From Nageia nagi (Eukaryota; Plantae; Pinophyta), in NCBI GenBank assembly GCA_050084985.1, contig JBITNC010000002.1, positions 22,010,001-22,074,000 on the forward strand: a DNA stretch of 64,000 nt, given 5' to 3'. The notes beneath the pieces are model-generated. The model ran no database searches, was not told the origin of the DNA, and saw nothing but the letters and a program-made list of their open reading frames with translations. The stretch's first letter is position 1; each line of letters starts with the position of its first letter. Position numbers and translations under genes: made by a program. Below, piece by piece: positions 26,046 to 40,058 of this stretch.

Positions 26046-27699
26046 AAAACATAACAAGAAATGAGAAAATTATTAAGTAATATCCAAGAGTATGTTGAGG
26101 GTAAGATGGATTCATAAACAATAGTTATCTCAAATGAAGTATCAAACTTTATTAAATATACTTTTCTTATCTTTGATATGTGTGCTAGACAATATCAATT
26201 ACAACAAAATGAACCTTAAAATGATTTATCAAATCAATGGACTCAATTAAGACGATATTTTTCTTGAAGGTCCAATTTTCATGAACTAGGCAACTATGTA
26301 GGGACACATCAAATAACCTTGAAATGACATGAAAAATAAAATCAAGGTATCTCTAATTAGGTGTTTATTTTATGGATACTAATATGCATATTTATCCAAA
26401 TCCTAAGGCATAATAATGAATGCCTATAAAGGGGAGGATCACACTAATAAGGATTGAAATAATATCACAACTATTTTATCTATCATTTTATTGTGTCAGC
26501 ATTTTTCAATACATTTTTAGGTCACTTAGCATATCTCCATATCTTATTTATGTTACTATACTTACATACCCTTACTTATATCCATTATATTATTTATCAA
26601 TTTTTAAAATTAATAGATGAAAAATGATATTATATCACCCTATGGGCTAGGATGAATGCCCTCGTCTTTTACATTGAACATTCCTTTGAACATTGTCACA
26701 TTCCTTATTAACTTAGAAAAAACCTTTAATATTCCTTATGTAGCCACCTAAATATGATTTATACTTATTATAAAATCATATTTAAGGTATCAAGGAATAA
26801 TATAGTAAAAAGGGCGTAACTATTAATAAAAGCACCATAAGCAATGTAATTGGTGTAAATATTAAGAAAAACACCACAAGCTATGTAATACATGTAAATC
26901 TAAAAAAATATAAGCATCAAAGATGCTTAGTTGCAAAAGAAGATAATAAGCAAAGCATTCCATATTAGATAAAGATTAAATCAGATCCTTACAACATTTG
27001 TATAGGTCAACTTCAAAATTAATCCACCACACTTTAAATAACAATGACATCTTTTGATACGACCTATATGAGGATTAGTTATCTATCTTTCTCACTAATA
27101 AATATCATTTGCGTTTATCTTTGTATCTCTCAGGATGAATGGTGCATCCAATGTAGGAGGATTGTTGAAATGATGCTCATGTCATACCTTCTATACATCC
27201 AGAGCTTTCGATCTTAAAGATGACTCACTTGAGTACGAAGGATATCAAATCTAGCTTAGAGATATATGATCTAGTTCATGAGATTACATAAAACACCTTT
27301 GGAGTGATTCAATAATGTCGTAATTAGTATTTCATAGTTCTATAATGGACTATTAACCATAATTCATTATTCCAAAGGCTATATTTTAGTGAACTCGACT
27401 AATCAAGGAATGTTTTCTTCATGGATAAAATCTTATTCACATCTGCAAAGGAGTCCATGATGTTAGTAGTGTTCATTTTATGAAAAAGAGTATACACATA
27501 ATTAAAATGCCCTAAAAATGGATCTTGCAACTATGCTTTAGTATGTTAATAACAATATACAATTTAGAACTTATCTCTTGATGCATCTAGGAGTTTTTGT
27601 GGGTAACAATCAAGTTGTACAATAATCTTCAACAAATGCATTTCAAGCACTAGATCAAATCATAATGGTTGATATCAATAAAAGACTACATAATATAGA

Positions 27700-30600
27700 A
27701 TCTAAGTTCTAAGTACAACAAAAAAGTGAAGACAATGATGGATTCTTCACCTCAACCTTGTTCAAAGAGATCCTTAATTTTACCCTAGCACTTGATTTCA
27801 AAAACCCCAACTTCAAGATGTTTAGTAGTGAAGAAAACCCAAAGCAACATCTCATCAACTTTCAAAAGGAGTGCAAAGTAAAATTAGGAATTGAAGAGAA
27901 ATTTATAGTCAAATTCTTTCCAAGGAGTCTAAAGGGAGATGCTAATCAATGGTTCTACAATCTACCATACAAATTTAGTGCTTCTTTTGGAGAGCTTGTT
28001 AAGGTTTTCATGGATTAATACAAGCATAACATCAAGGAATAAATCAAAGTTATATGTGATATAATTCACCATATGAAAATGTAGTTAAGAATTACTCTAC
28101 GTTAACTATAATAAAATAAGCAATAAGATCAATCACATAGGAAAGAATAAACTATATAATGTGTTTCACCTAATGTATGTTATATCTATAGAGAATATCT
28201 ACTTCATTGATTACAATTAATCTAAAACCATAAAGGGATACAACATATAACCAACTTTTGTTGTACCTTCCTATTTGCTCTTATAAGGAATCCTCACTAC
28301 AATAATCTCTCTCCTAGGGATTTACCTCATCTTCCTATTTATCATACCTATGCAAATCTACATTCACTCATCCATTCATTATTCAATTCTATAAGTTCTT
28401 ACTGTATTTATAGATATTAATACAATCTTATTTTTAGTACAAAGTGGACTAATTTTACACTTTTGAAATTCACCATACTATGAAAACCTAAGTTCATAAT
28501 ATTAGAATAACTAAATACCAAAATATGTCCCTCAAAATAGAGTTTACACCTCTATAGAGTTGTAGCCATCTACCATCAAGTTGACTTGTTTGCAAAATAT
28601 ATCTCCATTAGATCGATTGCAATTCTTCCATCGATCGATCGAATAATCTTGTTGATTGACCTCCTATAGATTAATTGGTCCTGATTAGTCCCCAACTTGC
28701 TAATTAGTCTTATTGATTGGTCATGTGCATGCCAAATATAAAATAGAGAGCTAGAAATGTACCTTAGCCCAAAAATTAGGTTTAATTACTAACAATCTCC
28801 CACTTTGAGACTAATTTCTTGTAATACCCTATAACCTTGGATCTACATATTCTCATCATGATCTCTTATTCCTTGATATCAACCAAAATTGGGAGAATCC
28901 CTAATTCATCATTTGTAACCACCTTTGCATTCACCTTTGATAATATATCTCTTGTCACTTCTTCATTTTGATGTTTCATGAATCTCAACCAGTTCACACT
29001 TCCCACTCCATGGGTCATACCAACTTATTGTGCAAACATTTCTATTCCAGTCCCCTCCTTTTGTAATACTCCTTCCCCTACTTTCATTCTACATACACAC
29101 ATATACCATGTAAACCTTCCATAGTTGTAGGTAGCATCACCATACCAAGGCTCCCACTCCTTCATGGCTTCCTTTTTCTCACCTTCAAAACACTCACCAT
29201 CATCAACATACAACACATATGAAACTACAAGGAAATCATGGTTTACTCTTTTGCATATTTTAACATCGCTCTGTGGAGTCTGTAAATCTTAATTTTCAAT
29301 ACGTCCTCACACTTTTTTTATCCATATCTTCTTCTTGTCCTTGGAAACATCCTTTTCATCCTTGAGGAATTTCACCCTTCTTTTCTTTTCACCGAATCCC
29401 AATTCATTTTTTTCCCTTGTCTAAATTTGTGATGTATTACAACTGCATTCTCCATTGTGTAATTAGTAATGATATGAAGCAAATAAAATGTACTAATAAT
29501 TTTACCTTTTCTAATAATCTTAGAATCCTTATACACCTTCCATTCTTGATTTTCTAATACAATCATATATCTCTCACCATTAAGTTTCCTTGGTGAAATG
29601 AGGTTCCCTTTCAAATCTAGTATATTCCTCACCTCCTTGAGTACCCATGAATTTACATTAGGTAAATTTATCTTGACTTTCCCCATAACAAAAAGCTTTC
29701 ATGGCTGATCATTATTCAACTTATCAAAAATCCCCTTAAACATATTCTACAAAATAGCCCTTATGATAAGTTAGATGAAAAGAAGCACCTAAATATATAA
29801 CCCAATAATCATTATGCATATCAAGATATAATATCAAAGCATATTGTAAAATCTTAGTAACCATATTAACCTCATTATTATTGCCTTCATTATCCTCTTT
29901 TCCATCTACTTTCCTAGACCAACACTCCCTTTTCAAGTACTATCCCTTATTCCCATAATACCAACACTTGATATTACCTTTTTCCTTAGAGTTTCCCTCC
30001 AATTTTCTTTTATTTTATTGTTTACCTCCCTCCCTCTTTCTTTATTTATTATCAATAAGAAATTTACCATTATAACCTATTATTTCACCTAATTATCCAT
30101 CAACTAGAATAATATCAATAGGGCCCTAATCTCATAATCAAAATCTTAACCCACTAAATGCAACTAGTTAGTAATAGTATTAAACTTATTTAAGTGATCC
30201 AAAATGCATATTAAATAACTATTTCATGAGAAATACCTTATTTTTGGATGTGGGTTTTTCATACAACCTAGCCAACTTGACATCCTTTGTATTCTTTACC
30301 TTAAAGATGTTGAAGGCAACCAATTCTCTTAGACATAACATCTTTGCATCAATTCCTTTTTATCAAGAAGAATCCACTACTCATCCAATATACTTGAAGG
30401 TTTATTTATATTTCCCTCAAGAGGAAGAAAAAGATTCTTTTGGTATAAGTAGTTCTCCATTTTCATCTTCCAAAATTGCAAATTTTGACCATTAAATTTT
30501 TTCACCCCTAATGCCCCTACTTCTTCCATTAATCCCACTTGATCTAGAAACCCTTCCTTCTTTATATCAAGTGCACCTAGCAAAAAGAAAAGAGGCTCTA

Positions 30601-32750
30601 ATACCCCTTGTTAGGATTCACTATACAAAAATATAGTTGAGCAATCACTCTATTTTAAATGTAAAGAAAATAAGAAATAATATAAATCACACAAGAGAGA
30701 AAAAACTATATAACATGGTTCATCCAATGTAGACAACATCCACATAGAATATCTAGTCCTTTGATTCAATCAGTCCAAAACAACAAAGAGATAAAACCTA
30801 CAATCAATTCTTATTGTACATTCTCCTTTTCTATTACAAGGAATCCTCTCTATAATAGTCTCTCTCCCAAGGATTTACCTTATCCTTTTATTTCTCACAC
30901 CTATGCAAATCTACATTCACCCATCCATTCATTATTCAATTCTATTAAATCTTACATATATTTATATATATTAATACAATCTTATTTATAATACAAAATG
31001 AAGTAATTTCATACCTCTAAAATTTGCCACACCATGTAAACTCAAGTTCAAAACCTTAGAATAGCCAAATATGCCTTAAAATAGAGTTTACAAATCTATG
31101 TAGTTGTAATCAACCATCATTAGTTTGAATGGTATATTGAGTTTGGCCTCCATGAGATCGACTATATTCTTCCCTTTATTAGCTAGATGATCTTGTTGAT
31201 TGGTCTCATGTTGGTTGATTTGCCCTAAGCAATCCCCAACCACTGATTTGCCCTATTGATTAGCCTTATGCATGTTGATTATGAAATGGAGAGCTAAAAA
31301 CATACCTTAGACCAAAAATTAGACTCAATTTTTAACAAAAGATTTATGCTCAATCCATCAAAAACCAAATGGAACTCTAGAAAAGTTCATCCTATGCTTA
31401 AAAAAGGTATATAAATATACCAAAAGTAGATTATATGAGGATGAAATCAATAGTATCTTTACATATTTTATTCTTCTTATTTTAAAATAGCATGTTATAC
31501 ATTATGAGGATCTAGGATTCCGGACCATGACTAAAAATGAATTAGCTAAGGAAAAAGTATAGATAAAACTTGGCACAATATTGAAGTATGGATCTACCAT
31601 ATATAACAAGGATCCAAGAAAGCCTTATGCCAAGAAAGAAGAGAAAACTACTAATATGGATAAATAAGTTGCATTAATAATATATGTAACTCAAAGATAA
31701 CAAAGATTAAGATTAAATTTTCCAATTTAGCCATGAATCATTCTTGTGGATTGCATGAAAAAGGGATTGCTAAAGCAAAAATGAAGAACACAAAATGACA
31801 ATGTGGAAGCCAAAAATCAAAATTAATATTGTTCCTATCATTGAAGAAGAGGGTATTCAACAAATAGATGAAGACAATTAGATACTATCATCTTGGATCT
31901 CATTTCTCAAGGGAAATATAAAGTTAAGGAAGATCAACAAAGGGATGTTCCTGATCATCAAATTTCTAATACAATTTTTGTTGTGAGGATATTTATGCAT
32001 CCATTAGAAGAGGATGTCTTAAAATCATTGCCAATTTGGTAATAAAGGAGAAAGTATTCAATCAATTCCAATTTCTTGTAATATGCTAAAATAATTAAAA
32101 AATACATAGGCCAAGATTAGTTTATTTGAGCTCATTTAAATTTCCAAACCATATAGAGAAATTTTGTATGAAGTTTTCAATAATGAAAAGGTTCTTATTG
32201 ATATTTCTACTTTTACATTTTCTAAAAAAAAGCACTCTTGGAAAGATTATCACATGATAAGTTTTGTTAACAAATAATTTTCTAAATAAGAAATAGTTGA
32301 TGAATACTTAGCTCTTTACATTAAACCATGCATATATGAATGTAAAATTAAAATATATATGATAGATCCAAGATTAGGTGTGAAAATTTTCTTATTTAAG
32401 TTTTTGTAAGATATTTAGGGCAAAGGGTTCACCATTCCTCTTATGGATGATCTCACAATCTGAATAAGGAGATTTGATAATGTGTCCAAAAGTGAACTTG
32501 GAATTGTTACTCTACCTATCCACATTGGTCCTAAGACAATATAATCCTCATTTCATGTTATGAATGGTAAGTTGACCTACACTTTTTTATTTAAAAGATC
32601 CATGATATGAAGGTAGTTCCTTCCACACTTCATAATTACCTTAAGTTTGAGCTTGATGGAAAGATCCACATAGTAGAAGTAGATCTAGAACCAAATGTAT
32701 TATGTGATTTGGCATATATAGAGCTTAATGGATTGAATATATAAAATTGA
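27700..32750 (+). mobile_element. Decayed Ty3 (Tat/Athila-type) gag-protease region, interrupted by a nested Copia derivative
   Basis: Retrotrans_gag-like ENPKQHLINF...FFPRSLKGDANQWFYNLP (27758-28050) resumes after 31337 as KDLCSIHQKPNGTLEKFI; protease-region motif IHDMKVVPSTLHNYLKF near 32600. Confidence 0.8.
28057..31337 (-). mobile_element. Internally deleted Ty1/Copia LTR element (gag + protease only)
   Basis: LTRs 28057-28794 and 30609-31337 (TG...CA, diverged). PBS GGTATTAGAGC at 30595-30605; PPT AGTGGGAGAT at 28795-28804. Internal 1.8 kb encodes KKFNGQNLQFWKMKMENYLYQKNL, a zinc knuckle remnant and WVIYLGASFH; no integrase, RT or RNase H. Confidence 0.88.
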
Positions 32751-33249
32751 AAAATATATAAATCACTTGCTATCTTGGTAAACTTCTAAAATCTTTCTAT
32801 TGTAACTAACATATATATTAGTTTCTTATTTTTCATGCATCTTTTATATATTGAAAGCTTGAAATTGTAGTAGTTTAAATTTATTTTAATTATTTAAAAA
32901 TATATAAAAGGAAACATAAGTCTCTATATCAAGAGTCAAAAGTTTAAATTTTTGCCTTTCGTAAAATAATCTGGTATTACTTATCAATATAATTAAGAGT
33001 TTTTTGAGCTCTCTGAATTGATAGTATTAGATTTATCTATCGTATATTGATGTACATGAATTTTGTTACATAATTTTTTACTTGGATGATATCCTTTTCT
33101 ATAATAGAATATTGGAGAAATGTTTACAATATATTTGAGAGGTGCTTTCTACCTCTCTAATATTATAGGTTATACATCAACTATGTGAATTACATCTTCA
33201 AGAGAAATAATATTTAGTATCTCTATTATATCATCAATGAGGTTAGTGT

Positions 33250-33460
33250 TTAAGTTAATCTAATAAATATTCAAGCAATCTAGGATCTACCTACCCTAAA
33301 GACTCTCATAAAGCTTCGTAGCTTTTTAGGTCTTACCAATTCCTATTAAATATTCATTTTAGATTTTTTACACATTGCTTAACCTTTGAACCAAGTCACT
33401 AAAAGTAGATTTGAAGCCATATTTCATTAGGAAGAATCCATTCTAAAAAGTTTCCAAGGT
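33250..33460 (+). mobile_element. Short Ty3 RT C-terminal fragment
   Basis: Translation ...IQAI*DLPTLKTLIKLRSFLGLTNSY*IFILDFLHIA*PLNQVTK. Confidence 0.65.
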
Positions 33461-36400
33461 CCATATCATTCAACATCTAAGATTCTAGCATTCTTTATTT
33501 TATATTTTTAAGCATTAAACATGATGTTAGCACTCTCAAAACTTCAACATAATATAAAATATTTTTTAACTATTAAAATTTGGTAGTTTAACCATTATTG
33601 GAAAGATTTCAATCATTACTTATAAATTTTAATTTGAACACATCCCTTATCCAAAGGGGAGACATAAAAAAGAATTCATAGACTATAAAGTAATATGACT
33701 ATATAATCATGCAACCTCATATCTCTTCTCAAAGATTCCTTAACATTGTAATCTATCTATTCTTACACCTTTTCTTAGAGGTTTGATATTTTTTTCTCTT
33801 AGATTGTCTTATATTAGTATTATTAATTTATTCTTTTATTGAATACAATTGCATTTATTATCTTGAATAAATTCCAACTTAGCTCTTCTCTCTTTTTATT
33901 TTGGTACTTTATTTTCCTATTGTATCTCTTTTACTATTAATTCTAACTATTTGAAGCATGTTCTAATAAGTAAATTCAACTACCCTAGATTATATGGCTA
34001 GGTGTAACTCATACAAGCACCTCATATAAAAGGCATGGAAAATTTTGTAAGAGTGTGATATTGTGACTTATAAAATAACTCATGATTTATTTTAAAGGCT
34101 AGCTCTTTATATCATATTCAATGTAAAACTCCTAATTTACTTTTTCTATGAGAAAATAGTAAGAGAGTTATATAGAATAAAATTTTAATCTAACAGTGAG
34201 GTTCCTCAATACCACAGTTCCTTTATCTATTTAGTGGAATAATGATGAACACATGAATTATTAATTATGAGATAATAAATACATACACCTCTTATTAACT
34301 ATAAACATATAAAGTATAAATAATCAATGCAAGAAATACAACATATAATACTCATAACATTTTGTATTGAAATTTTAAAAATATCTACTTTAGTAAAAAT
34401 TAAAAAATTATTGATTCTTATAAATTAATCTTAATAAGGTTCAATTTCCATAAATATATAAGAAAAGATATCTATTAGCGAGGCTAGAAATAAAGCATGA
34501 GTTTATAGTTCATGTCTTTTTACAAATGGCCTTGATCTTATAATTTATAAACATACTTTTATAGAATTCAAGACTTTATTCTCATAATTATGCAAATGAT
34601 TCATTCCAAATCTTTAGTTGATGGTAAATAAAAGTACATTAAATTTGATTCGTTGTATAAATTGAAACTACTAGCTTGGAGCTAAAACTATGGGTTTCAT
34701 AATCATCACATTGATAATTCTTACCTTTCTAGTTGATAAACTACATCCTCACCATGTTTATGATAGATGTTGTAATCTATCCCTTAATTATTTTGAACAC
34801 ATTTTTACAAATTACATCCATATTGTACCTAATGATGGTGGTCCTAGTTCATGTCTTGATGGTTTCAACTATTTTCTCAACAATGTACACTTTTATTTTT
34901 ATGATCTCCTCACTCTATTTGAAGATGCCTTGCTATATATTAAGGGAAGTGGTTGGAGTTATTAAAAGCATTCTAAGCTTGTTTCATAAGTATACATCTT
35001 CATCATATATGCAATAAGTATTTTAAACTTTATAGAAAGTACTTCACCATGGGTAGGAAGATGTATGTAGTATTAATGAAGGTACTATGCAACTACTTTC
35101 AAAATTATTTCTTTCTTGGTAAAATATTTTTCTTTATTTTGATTGAGTGATCAACAAGGTTTCAAGTTGGATATCCTTTTATTAGTTATTCTTTTTCTTT
35201 AGTCATTAATCTTACAAGATCAAACTAATAGTATGATTTTATGAAATGAATATTTCTTACTTTCTCTTGAACCTTATGGGTTATCAGATCCTTCCCTTGA
35301 AATCTTAATTATTGAAGGACTTTTTTAGATTTTATTGATTTTAGCATTCTTTATGAATTCCTCAATGTGTGTCATGTAACAAGCATAACTTCATATTATC
35401 GTTTTGTGTACCAGTGAAGATCTTAACTCTTTTGTCCTAGTTAATAGTGTGACTTTCTCTAATTTTTCCTTTTCTTTAGTTCATAGATAGCATGGGTCGT
35501 TAGATAAGCATAGGATCAATGAATTTTGCTCTGTTGGGTATTGACTCAAGTTTTAAACCCAAAATTAGTACCCACCAAGATCAATGATATGCATTATTGC
35601 TAACTTATCCTTTAGTTTTAACTTATTAATGGTTTTATTTACCCACATTTGTATCCTTAAATAACATGATTTGTTGAACAATTAGATCAACAACTTATAC
35701 TAAATTGACATATTTGATCACTTTAATTTTTTTATTGGCACCCAACATTGATAAATGAGATCTACAAGTGTAGTTAGACATAATAATATTATTTTTTTAT
35801 TTCTTAAGATTAGCACTCATTGTTGGTTAACAAGATCTACAGTTGGTGTTATTTTTAGTAAATATGCTCTTCCATGTTCATAAGATTAGTGCTCATCATT
35901 AATTGATAAGATCTATAGTTAATGTTGTTTCTTTCTTTTGTTGTTATCTTAGAATAAACTTGAGAATAAAATTACACAATAATATCTTAGTTATCTCAAA
36001 ATAGCATAATTAAAGAACAATAAAAGAATAATATCACCATATAATATCAATGAAAGAATAACTTATAATAGCCAAACAAGGAATATCAAAGAACAGAAAT
36101 CCAAAGATGATAGTCTCCACCACTTCGAGGAGGGGAATCTCCAACGACTTGGAGAGGGCAACCTCCAACTATTATGATTAAGCACATAAGATATAAGTGT
36201 CCAATGATGATAATGAGTATTACCTATTCTTCTATCTATATGATATTATTTTTAATATTGATCTCATACTAGATAAGGGTGTCAATATGTTACAAATGTA
36301 GGCCACATATGAAGTCATTACATATTTGACCTTCTATGCAAGTAGTAAAAATTTCACTATAATTCTTTCACCTAAATTATCTGAGTATAAAGTTGTTAAA

Positions 36401-37468
36401 AAACTATACTTAATATTCTCCTTAATCCTTGCATGTGAAAGATATCGTGAAAGATATCAATACAACTAATCACATTTAATAAAATAATCGAATGTTAAAA
36501 AATAATAAACTTTATTTCAAATAACTATATTCATGAAAAATAAAAAAAAGTATATATCATAATAATATCACTTCTATTAGGATGTACCTTATTAACATAA
36601 TAATATTACCTCTCTTAACGTGGACCTTTATGTATCCTTACAAGAAACACCTACATAACCCTTATATGTCTCTTAGCTTGTATCCTACGTAAGATTTATT
36701 CTCCCTTAAGAACAAACGCCCATATAACCCTTATGAATCGTTTGGAAAGACATTATTTATCCCATAATGATGTCAATAACTTGTCCTTTCATGTAAATCT
36801 TGCCCTCCATGTACAAGATATCTTTATGTATAATCTTTCAATTATGTACCTTCTTTGACTACTTTTAGAGCTCCATGGGTTGATATTAACCATTCGATCG
36901 GGATGCATACGGAGCCGTTTCATGCAAATTCGACGGTCTGGGCTGCTGGATCTTTCAATTGATGAAATATATTGACAATCATATAAGGAGACATCCACTG
37001 ACGATCTCAGTAATATCAGTACATCTCTACTGCGTATTTCTGATCATCTTGTTTTTGTTTATCTTCTCCTTCTTCTCAGCAAGATGGTGTGAGTCTTGAA
37101 GCTTTGCCCTTTAACCCGTAAAAGATTAGGATTCAAGCTTCTGGACATGGACATGGGTAAAACTGATGCAGTCAACGCAGTTATTTCTGGGCGGTAGCAA
37201 AAACATTTATGAAATAAACAAAGAAGAAAAAACTTTGTCGGCAATCTTAAACTGGTCCTCGATTTTATAAGATGCTGTTCTCAGATTTTGGGATGCTTCT
37301 TCTGTCATCCATGTCTCCATTCTCATTCTTATTCTTCTCTACATCTATTTCATTGGACAGAGTGTGCTGATCATCTCCAAACTCTAGAGGAATAAACTCT
37401 AAACAAATGGCATCACAAACTGGAATTTTTTTATGATTTTAACTACTGTAGCATGTAGTTGTCAACAA

Positions 37469-37477
37469 TATATAAAA
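37469..37477 (+). promoter_or_regulatory. Candidate TATA box of the SHR-like gene
   Basis: ATATATAAA ~120 bp upstream of the ATG. Confidence 0.35.
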
Positions 37478-37591
37478 AAAAAACTTCTAACGCCCACAAC
37501 AGTTGATCTTCTTTAGAAGCAAGGCCTTTGAAGGATCGATCCTATATCATTATTCCCATGCTTCTGATCCTTAATCCGATCCAATAAAACC

Positions 37592-38830
37592 ATGGATAGA
37601 GGCGAATTGCAATTCTTCCGTGCCCCGGACGTCATGTCCCAGGTCGATCCGGTAAACCTGTTGAATTCCATAGACGTCACGGCGTTTGATCACGGGCTGG
37701 GATCGAACCCAGGACCCTGGGCCTCTGATCTATTGATGGACTGCGCTAAGGCAATCAGCGAGAAGGAAATAGGGAAAGTCCAGCAACTTCTCTGGATGCT
37801 TAACGAATTGGCTTCACCCTATGGAGATTGCGAACAAAGGGTGGCATCTTATTTTCTTCAGGCTCTTTTCTGTAAAATTACAGAAACTGGACCTCGCTGC
37901 TATAAAACTCTCTGCGATGCTGTTGAAAGAAGCTGTTCCTTCGATTCCATGAGGAAGATGATGCTGAAATTCCAGGAAGCTAGTCCATGGACGACCTTCG
38001 GTCATGTCGCCTCGAACGGAGCCATTTTGGAGGCATTTGAGGGAGAATCAAAATTGCACATAGTCGACATGAGCAATACTCTTTGTACGCAATGGCCAAC
38101 GCTTCTGGAGGCCTTGGCTACCCGAAATGATGGTACTCCCAATCTCCGTCTAACGACAATAATCGTTGGGAATAACAGTGGGAATGGTTCGGTTATAATG
38201 AAGGAGATCGCCCAGAGGATGGAGAAATTCGCCAGGCTTATGGGTGTTCCTTTCGAATTCAGCATTGTGTTTATGGAGGGGGAAGAAGAAAGGGGTCTGA
38301 AGAAAATTGAACTAAGGCCGGATGAAGCCCTGGCCATAAACTGCATCCATTCGTTGCAGAAACTCAGGGATAGGGAATCCGTGCTATCGGTTTTCAGAGA
38401 AATGAATCCCAAGATCGTGACCATCGTAGAGGACGAGGTCGATCTGGGTTCGGAGGATTTCTTCCCTCGTTTCTGCGAATGTCATAAATTTTACAACCTG
38501 TTTTTCAATTCATTAGACGAGAGTTTTCCGCGAACGAGTAACGAGAGGCTCATGCTGGAGCGAGAGGGCGGGCGGAGCATGGTATACATTCTGGGTTGTG
38601 AAAAGGAAGATAATTATGAAGTTAGAGAGAAGGGGACGCAGTGGGAGACGAGATTGGAGGGTGCTGGATTCGAACCCTGGGTGTTCAGCGACGATGCAGT
38701 GGATGATGTGAGGGCGTTGTTGAAGAGATACAAGGAGGGATGGGATCTGAGCAATGGGAATTCCCAGGGGCTTTTCTTGACATGGAAGGAGGAGACTGCT
38801 GTCTGGGCTTCTGCATGGAAACCCAAATGA
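37592..38830 (+). CDS. SHR: GRAS transcription factor, SHORT-ROOT subfamily (412 aa)
   Basis: Intronless, CpG-retaining ORF with SHR-diagnostic [60 protein letters not shown] (VHIID), [13 protein letters not shown] and C-terminal WASAWKP. Confidence 0.95.
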   Translation: MDRGELQFFRAPDVMSQVDPVNLLNSIDVTAFDHGLGSNPGPWASDLLMDCAKAISEKEIGKVQQLLWMLNELASPYGDCEQRVASYFLQALFCKITETGPRCYKTLCDAVERSCSFDSMRKMMLKFQEASPWTTFGHVASNGAILEAFEGESKLHIVDMSNTLCTQWPTLLEALATRNDGTPNLRLTTIIVGNNSGNGSVIMKEIAQRMEKFARLMGVPFEFSIVFMEGEEERGLKKIELRPDEALAINCIHSLQKLRDRESVLSVFREMNPKIVTIVEDEVDLGSEDFFPRFCECHKFYNLFFNSLDESFPRTSNERLMLEREGGRSMVYILGCEKEDNYEVREKGTQWETRLEGAGFEPWVFSDDAVDDVRALLKRYKEGWDLSNGNSQGLFLTWKEETAVWASAWKPK

Positions 38831-39354
38831 AAGCTGACTTTTTTCTTTACATGGTGGTGGGCTTCCATGAATTCTGTGTGACAGACAGCCATTAGGATTA
38901 GGGTTTACAGGAAGATTGCAGGAGCTCATTGGTAAGAGAGAAAGAATATGGAGGCGATACCACCTATGCAATTGCCCAACATTCTGTAATTTCTGCTTTG
39001 GAAATTTTAGTAGTTTTAAATTTCTTAATATATAGTTTAATATTAAAGGTTGTAGGTTAAATCCTTGGTGTAATGTATATCACCTGATTTAACATACATG
39101 GTCTGATTTAATAGTGAAACGAAGGCTTAAAATCTTTGTTTTGGCTACTGTTATTAATTTAGGGATTACTATGTTTATATATGTAGTTTATTACGTAATT
39201 GTTAAAAAAGTTAAAATTATACATATTTTGATAGTTAGGATTTGAGTTATTATATTTGTATACGTATTTCAAGAAGTTTATATTATTTTTTTAAGATTTG
39301 ATTTATACATTAAATATGTTTGTAAATCTATAGATTTGGTCATATGGTCATAAA

Positions 39355-39600
39355 AAGGAGTTTGGGAGTAAATGAGTATTGAAATCTTTCATTAAGAAGA
39401 TTTCAAGTTTGAATCTCCCAACCTCCCTACTATGAAAGATCATGAAAAAAGTGATGTTGAATTATAGCAAGTGCAATCAAAGCTAGGTGCAAGTCTTGAA
39501 TAACTCTAATAGAATAGATGCCTATGGGTGACTTCGATGGAAGAGATACCTCCTGATCATAGCATATGGGATTGACTTTGACATAAGAGATACCCTCGAT
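39355..39600 (+). mobile_element. Putative SINE remnant, copy A
   Basis: AAGGAGTTTGGGA...GTTTGAATCTCC (B-box-like, 39407-39415)...GTGACTTCGATGGAAGAGATACC; homologous to the inverted copy at 39868-40058. Confidence 0.5.
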
Positions 39601-39867
39601 TGTAATTTCTTAACTAAAGGTAACTCTTAAAAGTGTGCTTTATCAAATTTTTTTTGCTTTCTTAGTCTAAATTACACTCTTATACCTTTAATGATTTTTC
39701 TTCATATTTTTAACCTTTGGATATATCATGAAGCCCACTGTAAGGCTCATTTTGGATATTAGGATCTCTAGATTCAAAATTTCTTCCTCTTTCTATTAAC
39801 ATAGTTATATAACATTCTTATGTTCTTTTATAGTTTGTATAATTTTTCTTTTGGTATGCTAAAAATC

Positions 39868-40058
39868 CCCTTGTAAAGACCCCTGCGACTTTAGTGTCAT
39901 GATCAAGGGTATCTTTTCCATCAAAGTCACTAGGAATTACACCTAACTCCAAGTATACTTGTGCATCTACAAGATTTATAATTATTCTACCACATGGCGA
40001 TGAGGAGATTCATACATGGGCCTCCCATTGAGTGTTCTGTTACTTTCCCAAACTCCTT
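39868..40058 (-). mobile_element. Putative SINE remnant, copy B (inverted)
   Basis: Minus strand AAGGAGTTTGGGA...GTATGAATCTCC...GTGACTTTGATGGAAAAGATACC. Confidence 0.5.

Noticed and set aside
34690-35017. Two overlapping ~90-aa ORFs
   Set aside because: Low-complexity AT-rich translations with no recognisable motif; probably decayed TE.
37814-38971. Minus-strand ORFs overlapping SHR
   Set aside because: Antisense shadows of a GC-richer CDS.
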